A stretch of DNA of 63,869 bases, filler included, from Sphaeroforma arctica JP610 (lineage: Eukaryota), in assembly GCF_001186125.1 (NCBI RefSeq). It is 6 parts of 4 records of this genome, joined end to end, with 100 filler letters (N's around TTAATTAATTAA, not from the genome) between each part and the next. Parts side by side here need not be neighbours in the genome. Positions count along the whole stretch, not along the records: positions 31,839 to 47,884 come from NW_014040526.1; positions 47,985 to 56,791 come from NW_014040525.1; 4 more parts are not named here. One strand, written 5' to 3'. Shown one piece after another: positions 39,412 through 51,519 of this stretch. The notes under the pieces were generated by a model. The model saw only the letters and a list, made by a program, of their open reading frames with translations, was not told the origin of the DNA and did not search any database. How positions within the stretch are numbered: the stretch's first letter is position 1; every line of letters begins with the position of its first letter. Position numbers and translations under genes: made by a program.

Positions 39412-41281
39412 ATGACAACGGAAAAGATGGTACAACAAACACCCAACACCGAAGCCTTCGTAGATGCCGAGCTTGCAGCTTTCCAAAAGGAGGTTGCAGA
39501 GGTGGATTCTTGGATGAAGCAGGAACGTTTCAGCTCGATCAAGCGTCCTTACAGTGCCGAGCATGTCGTAAATCTACGAGGCACCGTGACAGGTGAGTAT
39601 CTCGCTGATAAGCAAGCAAAAAAAATGTGGGGTATTCTCCAGGACAATAGATCTAAAGGTGAGACCTCATGGACTTTTGGAGCCCTAGACCCAGTTCAGG
39701 TTGTACAGATGGCGAAGTACCTCGACACTGTGTATGTATCTGGTTGGCAATGTTCCTCTACGGCCTCATCTAGCAATGAGCCTGGACCCGATTTGGCCGA
39801 TTACCCTATGGACACTGTTCCCAAGAAGGTGGATCATCTATTTAAAGCTCAGCTTTTCCACGATCGCAAGCAGCGTGCCGCCCGTGCTAAAATGACCAAG
39901 GAGGAGAGAATCGCCACTCCTTATGTTGACTACTTGCGTCCTATTATCGCTGACGCTGATACTGGACATGGTGGGTTCACGGCTGTCATGAAGCTGGCAA
40001 AGATGTTTGTTGAGTACGGTGCCGCTGGTATCCATCTAGAGGATCAGGCTGCCGGAACAAAGAAATGTGGACATATGGGTGGCAAAGTATTGGTTCCCAT
40101 CCAAGAGCACCAGAACCGCTTGATTGCTGCTCGTCTGCAATTCGATATTATGGGTGTGCAGTGTATTGTTGTTGGACGTACTGATTCTGAGGCGGCAACT
40201 CTGTTGACCTCGAATATTGATAAGCGAGACCACTGTTTCATTCTTGGAGCCACTAATTCAGCTGTGGGAACGTTGAACGAGGAGGTCAACGGCATGAAGC
40301 TTTCTGGTAAATCCGCTGCCGAGATTTCTGCATTCACTGATCAGTGGAACAAGGATGCCGGTATTAAGACCTACGGGCAGGCCGTGCACGATCACTTGGT
40401 AGCCAAGGGGCAGGCCGAGGATGCTGGTGCTTGGTTGAAGGAGTCTAAAGGTCTATCTATTAAGGACGCTCGAAGCAGGGCTACCAACCTCCTAGGCGAG
40501 GATATCTTCTTCGACTGGGATGCACCCCGTACTGCTGAAGGTTTCTACCGCGTTGACGGCGGCACAGAGTACGCCACATACAGATCACAATATTTCGGCG
40601 AATACGCTGACATCTGCTGGATGGAGTCCGCTCGCCCGGACTACAAGCAGGCGAAGTACTGGGCTGAGGGTGTATTGTCTGTTCACCCCAAGAAGTGTTT
40701 GACATACAATCTATCACCATCATTCAACTGGGACGCAGCTGGCATGTCGGACGCCGAGATTGGGTAAGTCGTAAAAATTGTCAGTTCACACCCAGATATC
40801 TTTACTGTTTTTATTTCAAGTTATGTGGTTTGAAACCTTTTACTGCTTTTTTCCCCCACTTTTTTTTGTTGAGAATTTTTGAACTTGGGTGCGCAATGAA
40901 ATAGCTGCGCTTTATGGTTCATTGTATCTTCAAATCAATTTTTTTGTTAGTTGCCACATTTTAATTTTCCATTCTGCAACAATTTACAGATCACTCATCA
41001 AGGAACTTGGCAAGCTCGGAATCTGCTGGCAGTTCATAACCCTCGCCGGTTTCCATCTGAATGCACTCGCCGCAGATAACTTTGCAAAAGCATACTCTGA
41101 GCAAGGAATGATTGGATACGTACAGGGTATTCAGAGACAAGAGAGAGAAAACAAGGTTGAGACTCTTACGCATCAGCAGTGGTCAGGAGCTATGCTCGTG
41201 GATCAGCAATTGCAAACTGTAATGGGTGGTGTATCAACCACAACCATTATGTCTGCAGGTGTTACTGAAAATGATTTTTAA
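39412..41281 (+). CDS. ICL1: Isocitrate lyase (long fungal/plant type, 547 aa)
   Basis: Exons 39412-40763 and 40990-41281. Motifs [25 protein letters not shown], catalytic [18 protein letters not shown], and [10 protein letters not shown] (ICL-type rather than methylisocitrate-lyase-type). Confidence 0.97.
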
Positions 41282-42723
41282 AATCTAAAATACAACACGA
41301 GTCGTCGAGTGCTATCACAGCGACCCATGTAGTTCAATCAGGGGCACGAGTGAGCCGTATTTATAGAGACTTGATATTAAAAAAATTATAGTAGTTATCT
41401 GTCAATTTTCAGTTGTATAATATATACTTTTTCTCTCATAATACAATTCAGATGAGGAACAATGCACTTTTATACAAAAGAATAACGGCCCCGTGTACAG
41501 GATTCTAAAGTTGAAGAGGGCACATTGTTAGCAAGTTGATATAATAGAAGAATTGTATGCTAATAGAAAATTGTGATTCTAACACTTACTCTATTATTGA
41601 CCAGCTAAAGAACAGTCGACGGCGTTTAAAGCGCAATAGGCACTAGACAACCATAACTCGGGTAACTAAAGCAGGAAAGAGCGAGGGGGATCTGAGGTTA
41701 AATTTTAAACTATATACGTCTTTGCTAAGTGGCCTCTGTGGTATTTAGTCTGAAAAAAGAATTCGTTTGGAAGACATAAGCAAGTGCAGGTAAGTATTCA
41801 GTAGGAACGCACACCCCACTCTAGAGAGAACTGACATGCAGATTGCCAATACATGTCCAACTCTGTGTTCTGTGATCAATTAATTATATTTCTTTGGAGT
41901 TTGTGGCATGAACATATCGTACTCGAAGGAAACGATGTCGAATCGCAACAGAGACAGAGCTGATTATACAAGAAAACCGGTCAACCTCTTCATTTTCGTA
42001 GCATGGAGATATACAGCATAGCCAGCATAGCATGGAGACATACAAGCCAGGAGACTGAAAACAAAACAGCACAGAGCACCCCTCGCCCCAAACTAACGTC
42101 GAGTTAGATACAAACCTTTCCTCGCAAAATTTTCTATTTAAAATGTACGCCACAGGAAAGCTAAATAACGATCAAGACGTGGGGCGTGGACCACGCCAAC
42201 ATGAATTGAATCTTGTGAGTTGTTTGCTACAATTTGTGACTGACCCTGTGACTTGTCAATTTTGAGGTCTTAAATATTAAATACCAAAATAGTTGGAAAC
42301 TGTTTTTAGAAATATGATAGTCCCTCTGTACATGGTCATGGGCTGATCTGGTTTCAGACAAAAAATGTCAGAAAATATGGGGGGTAAAAAACATGTCGGA
42401 CACGTCGGAAAGTTTTGATGTCGTATAGGTTTTAGACTTGGTATTATACTCAGCACTGTTTATGAGATATTTATATGTACATGCGCGGTTGGACGGTTGG
42501 CGACTAGTACATCTGGCGGTCATAATCTATTAAATCTCAAATCTCAAAATCTGACACATGGATTTCAGGAACAATGAACATAATGAAAATTGTTTATTAC
42601 ATGTGACCTGTTATTGTTGACTGTTTTATATATAAAATAGAATGATTTCAGTTTTAGACTTTTAGACTTAGTCGTATCTGGTCCCCACTACCCATCAGTG
42701 GTGAATACTGAATAGTGACCATC

Positions 42724-43188
42724 ATGCTTGACTGTTCCTTGTGCGGCCAACGGGTCACAACGATGCAAGACATAAATACTTGTGATCAAGAAGATTGCAG
42801 TACAGTTATATGCAACTGTAGATCTATATGTGGACCCCATGAGAATCCCCACCAGGTGGGTAGCCTAGTATATGAGCTTTCTATTCAAGTAAATTTCCTT
42901 AAGAATGAAGTAATAAAACTGAAAGAAACGTCTTCAATGCCAAGTACCGAAGAATTAGAAACTAAAGTCTGGTATACCAGTTCTGGGAAGTTATATCATG
43001 TAAACAAACCCTGTTCTGCATTATACGACCGACAAAAGATAGTGAGATTCGGAGTCTATTTCCTTGCGTTACATATCGCTTTATGCGAAGATCTTCGCCG
43101 CTGTACACTGAAAGCATGTGCAAGGATCAATGGAGAAACAAGCACACTGTCATACTATTCTATTGCAACAGTATCAACAACAAAATAA
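42724..43188 (+). CDS. Intronless Cys-rich protein: N-terminal Zn-finger-like region, coiled coil, Ada-metal-binding-like motif
   Basis: CSLC...CDQEDC...CNCRSICGPH; LSIQVNFLKNEVIKLKE; VWYTSSGKLYHVNKPCSAL...LRRCTLKAC. Confidence 0.5.
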   Translation: MLDCSLCGQRVTTMQDINTCDQEDCSTVICNCRSICGPHENPHQVGSLVYELSIQVNFLKNEVIKLKETSSMPSTEELETKVWYTSSGKLYHVNKPCSALYDRQKIVRFGVYFLALHIALCEDLRRCTLKACARINGETSTLSYYSIATVSTTK

Positions 43189-43636
43189 AGAATATGAATA
43201 ACATAATAGACAGTATATTATTCCATAATTCTGAGCTGCCATCGATTGAAATATACTATTTGTGTACATGTTTATTTATGCAAACTAATAAATACTTCGA
43301 ACTGCCCTATTGTATCGAGAAACAAGCACACTGTAATGCTATTCAATTGCAAAAGTATAAACCACAAAATAAAGAACATGAATAAAAAAATAGACACAGT
43401 ATATTATACCATAGAATGAGATGCCATCGATTGAAATAAACTATTGGTGTACATGTTTATTTATGCAAACTAATAAATACTTTGAGCTGCCCTATCGTAT
43501 CAAGAAACAAGCACACTGTAATGCTAATCCATTGAAACAGTATAAACAACAAAATAAAGAATATGAATAACAAAATAAACACAGTATATTATACTATATT
43601 GAGATGCCATCAATTGAAATATATTTGTGTACATGT
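43135..43636. repeat. ~185-bp AT-rich tandem repeat, ~2.7 copies
   Basis: GAAACAAGCACACTGT at 43135, 43319 and 43504, with colinear downstream sequence. Confidence 0.9.
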
Positions 43637-43751
43637 GAGATGTCATTTAATGTGACTTAAGAATTATGTACAGCAGCTTTATGTAAGCAAACTAGTAAAT
43701 ACGAACAACTCATCTACTGAGGACGACCGTGCTGTGCTTCATCTTGCCGTG

Positions 43752-45090
43752 TTAATGACGGATACCACCATATTGTGGAGGCAAAGATTGTACGTATTGT
43801 AAACCATGAGATTGAGGCCGAGTATTGTCAGATTGAAGCCGTCTATTCTGGTTGTAGGGCCGAGTATTGTCAGATTGAGGCCGTATAATCTGGTTGTAGG
43901 GCCGAGTATCAGGTTGAAGGGTCTGAGGTAAGGTTCGAGTACGTCCGTTCATTGCACCTACACCAGGCCTAGATCTACGACTTGGAGCTTTGGTACTTGG
44001 GGCTTTGGTAGTGCTATTTGGGGGTTTGGTAGTGGTACTTGGAGCTTTGGTAGTGGTACTTGGGGCTTTGGTAGTGGTACTTGGAGCTTGGGTAGTGGTA
44101 CTTGGAGCTTTGGTAGTGGTACTTGGGGCTGTGGTAGTGGTACTTGGAGCTTTGGTAGTGGTACTTGGAGCCTTGTTAGTGACACTTAGAGCGTTGGTAG
44201 TGGGTGTGGATGAGGGTGAACAATATTCCTCGTCTGAGTCCTTATCCTTAGTTTGTTCTTTTTTTTCTGAGTCCTTATTTGTCTCGGAGTCTTTGTCCAT
44301 AGATGGTTCCTCTTCGTGTGAGTCTTTGTTCATAGGTTGTTCCTCTGCCTCTGAGTCCGTGTGCATAGCTGGTTCGTCATCGTTTGATTCTTTGTTTATA
44401 GCTTGTTCCTCTTCGTCCGAGTCTTTGTTCATAGGTTGCTCCTCTGCCTCTGAGTCTCGTCATCGCCTGAGTACTTATCCAGTGATTCTTCTACGCGTTT
44501 GAGTGTCTCCTCGTCGTTATCAAAATTGGAAGCATCAATGTCTTCGTCGTCGTCTGTGTCGATCGCAGTACTTCAATAAGTTCTTAGTCATTATCTTTGG
44601 ACCAGATATAATCACACGTTTCATTACTTTGTGCAAAGACTTATGAACATCGGGATCTTGGTAAGGGTTATCGTCAATAAAAGCGGGATCTAAGGCACCA
44701 GCTGCCTGGTAAAAAGTGTCGTCTCTGATGAAATTACAATTACCTCCTTCTCTGCGTTCAGAGATGTAAGTACCAGCTCTGCTAAGTTATTAGGGTTCCT
44801 AGTTTCTATTATTAGTGCCTTCCAATTATTTTCGCACCGACGCATTGACTCAGTGATTGTAGACGCAGTTGGCTTATATGAGTTGGATAGGCGGTGGAGT
44901 ATCAGCAAGGGTGAGAGAATCCTAAATACATTCGTAGTCTTATCCCAAAATGCAGTTGAGCCCACCCAATCCTTTACGTTATAGTATAGCTTGTTCTGAG
45001 TCATCGTCTTGCTCTCTGGAAGTGCCATATAAGCTACAGTTTGTGCACAGAAGATCACACCACAAAAACCGGGCTGCAACTCAAGAACCC
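43752..45090 (-). pseudogene. hAT-superfamily transposase remnant with acidic and Thr-rich repetitive C-terminus
   Basis: FWDKTTNVFRILSPLLILHRLSNSYKPT...ITESMRR and (frameshifted) FYQAAGALDPAF motifs, then EEQPMNKDS and TTKAPST repeats. 5' part interrupted by the LTR at 45093. Confidence 0.65.
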
Positions 45091-45092
45091 TG

Positions 45093-47884
45093 TGTAAGAT
45101 TCGGTCTATCTAGGCGATATTAACGCCTTAGAGTAATTAAACGCGTAAGAAAAATCTAAGTATCGTGATAATTTCAAAAAATGAGTCTAAAGTTAGGTAT
45201 GCCTCGTGAAAACAGCAATACTCTGAGGGATTGTGAGGCTGAGACATTGCCTATATATAATCCATCAGTACTGTTTTCGCCGAAGGGATTTTATTTAGTG
45301 TTTCGTTGTCACTCTATTAGAAACTAGTGTATGCTGCATTTGATGGTATCTTTGTGTACGGTCTATAGTTGTAAACACTGTAGCACCTTCCATCCTTCGC
45401 AGTAGCACCTTCCATCCTTCGCAGTAGCACCTTCCATCCTTCGCAGTAGCACCTTCCATCCTTCGCAGTAGCACCTTCCATCCTTCGCAGTAGCACCTTC
45501 CATCCTTCGCAGTAGCACCTTCCATCCTTCGCAGTAGCTCGTTAATACGAGGTAAATGAAAGCTATGAGTCGGCAATATTTTATTTATTGGACTCATATC
45601 TAAACATACTCTGACTTTCTTAAACGGTCCGTCAGAGTTATGTTGGTCTACGGCTAGCAGTGCCAAGTTAACTGGCGTTTGTTGATAGTTAATATCTATC
45701 ACACCATCTGCTAGCCATTTCTCAACTTGTTATTTTACAACAGCCTCGTGTCTCCAGGATACATAGTTCCTTGAGGGGAACTTTAACTGTGTAAAGTCCA
45801 AAGTCAAGGCTGACATATCTGTCGTTAAAGAGGAATTTTGCCCAATCTGTGATCTTTGTTTTCTTATTAACAAGAATCAGATCCATGATTTTGTCCGCAA
45901 AGTCAGGTATTTATGCCTTGACTTTGTCTGACGGGGGCTTATATGGATTCAGACAGTTATCGTCTGATTGATCCTTTAATGGATCTATGTTAGTTGGTAG
46001 ACCAGATACGGTTATACCTAGAGTGAGTAAATCACTCATTCCGACTATAATGTCGTACTTCTGTGACATCTTAACTATCACAGCTTGAGTAGTGATACTC
46101 CTATCATCGGCCTGGGAGATTTTAACATCTGTGGCGATGGTATCACACGTAGCAGCTTTATCATCAGCTAAAATGAGATAAGTTGTTTGTGTTCTCCTTT
46201 CGATATATTTCATTAATGCAAAGCGATCGGATATCCATGAAATTTCGGAAGCAGGATCAATCAACACAAGGATTTTATTTCCATTGCAATATACAGGTAT
46301 TATTACACGCTCGTCTAAAGAGTCGTTGTATTTTATTGGTAACGATTGTACCTGGTAGTACTTCCACTCCAACTTAATGTTGGGCCTTTTCTCACAAGAC
46401 TTGGCGTGATAGCCACTGGTCTTCTCACACTTGGCCCACTTAGTAAGAAAGTGTGTACAGGTGGATGCATGTTTACCATTTCAATAACGGTTATGGGTTA
46501 ACTGGTACATGTCATACCCGCACTGGGCGTCGGCACATTTCTTAATCTCCTTGAATAGAGGTTCCATGTCCTTCGCTCCTGCGCGTGCCCGTTTATCGGG
46601 TCGCGTGGTTAAAGAGCACGTGTATGTTGGGGTCTCTCGTTTGAGGTACGACTGGATACGTATCCGTGATCGGTGAGCTCCTGCGGATTCTTAACAGCTG
46701 CTTTTCCCTTCAAAAGAGTTGATATAGTATCATAAAACTGTTCCCATGTCAGTCGGGATAGATAAAACTTTGTTTCATGTCCCTTGTCTCGAGCCTCAGT
46801 CGCGTGTTTACGTCGCAACTCGGTGTACAGACTCTCACGGTCGTTATTTTCTATGTTATTACAGAACACGTGCATAACCAGGAATTCGTACCATCGCTGT
46901 GCCTTGTCTTTTGTTATATCTGGACGTTTAAGGTCAGCATCAAGTATCAGAGTAAAACTCTTAATAGGAGTATTCTCGACTGGTTCAGTTAAGATTGAAC
47001 TCAGTCCTGGACTTCGCATGACCTTGCTTAATAAGGATGTAACCAACTAACACACAGCTGGCCAGTCACGACAAGTGTCTAGCTCATGCTGGTGTCGCTG
47101 CAGGATCAGATAACTGGTCCCTGTAGGGTCAAATGTCTGCATTAAGGCAGAGATCGCGATATCATTCGTCTCCAGCTTGACCATAAATGCATTAAGCGTA
47201 CGAGTTAGCGTGTCGAGGTCATAGTTGTTTATAAACTCGACCTGCTTGCTGTTGGCATCTCAGTTCGACCTAAGTCGACTGATCTGTCCCTTGTACTTCT
47301 GGTTGTTCCTGTGGTCTTGTCCACGTCGAGCCTAAAGTAGTAGGTCTATGCGATTTTGCTTAATCGCAATAATATTCGCATAGTATGCTACGTCATCAGC
47401 ATGATGTGCAGCATGGGCGACTTCCATTTTATTGGCATAGTTGTCGACCGGTTTATTAAGGTCGGTCACCTCGTCAGAGTGGAAATCCTCTGCGGGTTGG
47501 TGTAATGCCGTGCGGTCGAAGCGATTAAACTCGATATCGTACACACGTCTGGGGGGATGATTAATATCCCTTGGCGTCGGAATAACATACCCAGTCTTAA
47601 CTAAATGATTAGCCTGTTCTTCTGGCAGTATTGCCTCGTACGGTATATCGACGCTGTACACCTCTGGATTCAGTATTGCCCGGGGATACATGCTCACGTA
47701 AGCGCTGTGTATGTTTTCCTGATCTTTCTAATTGATCTACATGTTCGACAGTCAAGTCTTTCATAATAGCAGCTAACAGATTTTTAAGATCAGCGTATTT
47801 AGTAGTTAGCTCACTTATGTGCTTCGGCTTAGAAGTCTCGGAAGTAGATTCGGTTTTACTACTTGAGCTTGCCTCCTCTTCTGG
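45093..47884 (-). mobile_element. Ty3/Gypsy family A copy (gag, protease, RT N-terminus joined by deletion to the 3' LTR end)
   Basis: LTR end 45093-45326. RT KVRVCLDMSPINK...FTTID; protease VLIDPASEIS; gag colinear with 49176-51000. Confidence 0.9.
45380..45538. repeat. 22-bp perfect tandem repeat x7 inside RT
   Basis: (GTAGCACCTTCCATCCTTCGCA)7 GTAGC. Single copy at ~18402 in the sister element. Confidence 0.97.
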
Positions 47885-50722
47885 NNNNNNNNNNNNNNNN
47901 NNNNNNNNNNNNNNNNNNNNNNNNNNNNTTAATTAATTAANNNNNNNNNNNNNNNNNNNNNNNNNNNNNNNNNNNNNNNNNNNNACCGGGGTCGATTTTA
48001 ATACCTTCCTCAGATATACGGTAGCCTAAGAGCTGTATTTCGCTCATGGCGAAGTGACATTTCTTTTCGTTAATCTTGAAGTTTTGTTCGTTGAGTCTCT
48101 GCTGGACTCGCCTGACTAATGCGGCATGTTCGCCCTTAGTCTTAGAAAAGATGACTATGTATATATAGACTTGCACGTTAGGTATGTCTGCAAACATTTC
48201 CTCCATTACTTGTTGGGAGAATGCTGGTAAGGAGTGCAACCCGAAAGGTGCACCTCTAAACCTGTATTGTTTACCTTTCCAGGTAAAACTAAAGTACTTA
48301 CGATGAGGTTCATAATTTTGTATTTGATGATACCCCTGTGTTAGGTCTATGGATGTAAACACCGTAGCACCTTCCATTCGTTTCAGTAACTCGTTTATTC
48401 AAGGGATATGGAAACTATGAGTCGGCAATAACTTATTTATTGGACTCATATCTAGCGTCAGAGTTGTGTTGATCAACTGCCAATAATGCTAAGTTAACTG
48501 GCGTTTGTTGGTAATTGATTTCGATTACCCCATCGGATAACCATTTCTCAACTTGTTCTTTAACTACAGCTTCGTGTCTCCAAGAAACATAGTTTCTTGA
48601 AGGGAATTTGAGCTTAGTAAAGTCTACCTTGGTTAAGTCAAGGCTGACATATCCGTTTTTATTTTGCCCAATCTTCTTATTTACTAGAATCAGATCCATG
48701 ATTTTGTCCGCAAAGTCAGGTATTAATGCCTTGACTGTGTCTGATGGGGCTTATATGGTTTCAGACAGTTATCGTCTGATTGATCCTTTAATGGATCTAT
48801 ACTATTTGGCAAACCAGTTACGGTTATACCTAGAGTGAGTAAGTCACTCATTTCGACTATTAAGTCGTACTCCTGTGACGTCTTAACTACCACAGCTTGG
48901 GTAGTGATATTTCTATCATCGGCCAGGGAGATTTTAACATCTGTGGCCATGGTATCACACTTAGAAGTTTTGTCATCTGCTAAGATTAAGTAATTAGTTT
49001 AAGTGCGCCTTTCAATGTCTTTCATTAATACAAAGCGGTCGGATATACATGAAATTTCTGAACCAGGATCAATCAATGCAAGGACTTTATTTCCATTGCA
49101 ATATACAGGGATTATTACACGCTCGTCTAAAGAGTCGATGTATTTCCTTTGTAACGATTGTACCTGGTAGTACTTTCACTCCAACTTAATGTCGGGCTTT
49201 TTGTCACAAGACTTGGCGTGATAGCCATTGGTCTTCTCACACTTGTCACACTTAGTAAGAAAGTGTGTACAGGTGGGTGCATGTCTGCCATTACAATATC
49301 CGTTAGGGGTCAATTGGTACATGTCATACCCACACTGTGCGTCGGCACATTTCTTAATCTCCTTAAATGAAGGTTCCTTGTCCTTCGCCTTCGCGCGTGC
49401 GCGTTTATTGGGTCGCGTTGATTGAGTGGAGTCGCGAGCACGTGTCTGGTTAGGACGCGTCTGATGAGGTTTATCATCTGACGTCTGGCGTGAGAGGTAT
49501 CCTTGATCTAGGAGCTCGCACGGTTTCTTATTTACCGCCTTTCCCTTCGAGGTTACTCGGTGTGCGAGGAAAAGAGTGAATACAGTATCATAAAACTGTT
49601 CCCACGTAAGTCGGGATAGATAAACCTTTCTTTCATGTCCCTTGTCTCGAGCCTCAGTAGCGTATTTCACGGTCGTTCTTCCCTATGCTCTTACAGAAAA
49701 CATGCATAACCAGGAACTCGTACCATCGCTGCGCCTTGTCCTTTGTTATATCTGGACGTTTAAAGTCAGCATCAAGTTTCAGAATACAACTTTGAATAGG
49801 AGTATTTTCAACAGGTTCAGTTAAGATTGAACTCAGTCCTGGACTTCGCATGTCCTTCCTTAATAAGGACGTAACCAACCAACACACAGCTGGCCAGTCA
49901 CGACAAGTGTCTAGCTCATGCTGGTGTTGCTGCAGGATCAAGTAACTTGTTCCTGTAGGGTCAAACGACTGTATTAAAGCGGAAATCCATTGCTGGGGAG
50001 CGATATCATTCGTCTCCAGCATGACCGTAAACGCATTAAGCGTACGGGTTAGCGTGTCGAGGTCATGGTTGTTTATAACTCGCCCTGGTTGCTGTTGGCA
50101 TCCCAGTTCGACTTAAGTCGACTGATCTGTCCCTTGTACTTCTGGTTATCCCTGTGGTCTTGCCCACGTTGGGCCTGGAGTAGCTGATTGATGCGCTTCT
50201 GCTTGATCGCGATCATATTAGCAAAATATGATACGTCATCAGCACGGTGCTCGTCATGGGCGATTTCCATCTTAATGGTGTAATCGTCGACCGATTTATT
50301 AAGTTCGGTCACCTCGTCAGAGTGGAAATCCTCTGTGGGCTGGTGTAATGCTGTGCGATCGAAGCGATTAAATTCGACATCGTTAACACGTTTACTGGAG
50401 TGTTTATAATCCCTTGTAAAGTCCTTGGGCGAGGCCTTTCGGTGCTCTGTTCCTTGGATAGTAGTTGGTATTATAATCTTGGGTGATTCATGCGTCTGGA
50501 TAACATACCCAGTCTTAACTGGTTTCCGACGATTGTCATCCCAGTTGGGTAAAGGTGGCGGAGTATTTTTACCTGCCTCTGGGTCTATAATACCCTCAAG
50601 GACGGGCGACTCATGGCCGGGTGTTAGAACAGGCGAGTAATTAGCCTGGAGTTCTGGTGGTAGTACCTCGTAAGGTATAGATACGCTGAGCACATCTGGC
50701 TCATCTGCCACAGGTGTAGCGC

Positions 50723-51391
50723 TCATGCCTTACGCTTTTCGGGCGTAATTGCCTGTCGACGTTCTGTCCACTTCTGTAGGGCTTCAGTAATGCCCGGAGA
50801 AACATGCTCGCGTAAGTGCTGTGTATGTTTTCCTGATCTATACATTCGATCTACATGTTCAACAGTCATGTCTTTCATAAGGGCGGCTAACTGATTCTTA
50901 AGATCAGTGTTTTCAGTATTTAACTTACTTATGCGCGTTGGTTCAGTGGTCTCGGACGTAGATTCGGGTTTGCCACTTGAGCTTGCCTCCTCTTCTGGTT
51001 CCGGTATAGGTACCTTCTGAGATTCGTCTTTGTCCCCTATAATTGGGGACTTTTCTTTCTGAGTTTCGTCAGAAGAATTGGTTGGGGCGTCTTGAGACGT
51101 GTCCCTTGTTTCACTTCTTGGCTTCGTAAATGCAAGCTTTGAAGTTGAAGCAATAGTTGGCCCTCGGGCTCTGTCTGTAGGAGTAGTCTCCTTGATCGGA
51201 GTGGCTACATCCTTATCCGAAGTATTGTCCTGTTGACTATTATTGTCGGAGACAAGTGCCTCGGCTACGGTGCGGTTACACGCATCGGCAGCGGCGGCGG
51301 TTGCTTCTGCGGCAGCGCTAGCGGCTTCTCTCTCCATCTTCTTACGTTCAGTCTTGCGTTTCTTTGCAGGTGTATTGTCTTTCTTTGTCAT
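50723..51391 (-). CDS. Gypsy A upstream ORF0 (222 aa; basic N-terminus, low complexity, coiled coil)
   Basis: Open ORF ~130 nt after the LTR. Its TGA overlaps the gag ATG (ATGA). Confidence 0.55.
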   Translation of the reverse strand: MTKKDNTPAKKRKTERKKMEREAASAAAEATAAAADACNRTVAEALVSDNNSQQDNTSDKDVATPIKETTPTDRARGPTIASTSKLAFTKPRSETRDTSQDAPTNSSDETQKEKSPIIGDKDESQKVPIPEPEEEASSSGKPESTSETTEPTRISKLNTENTDLKNQLAALMKDMTVEHVDRMYRSGKHTQHLREHVSPGITEALQKWTERRQAITPEKRKA

Positions 51392-51519
51392 AATCTTAAC
51401 TTAAGACTTCAGTCTATTTATCTTAAGAAATGACTGTGCTTAGGAAAAATTTCGTGGTAGTTATCTACCTTTACGTTCAAGTAGTCTAAGTAGTTAATAC
51501 CTTTGCTAACTTTAGAATG

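Noticed and set aside
43990..44502. Hydrophobic + strand ORF (VVVLGAL)n
   Set aside because: Antisense reading of the TTKAPST repeat.
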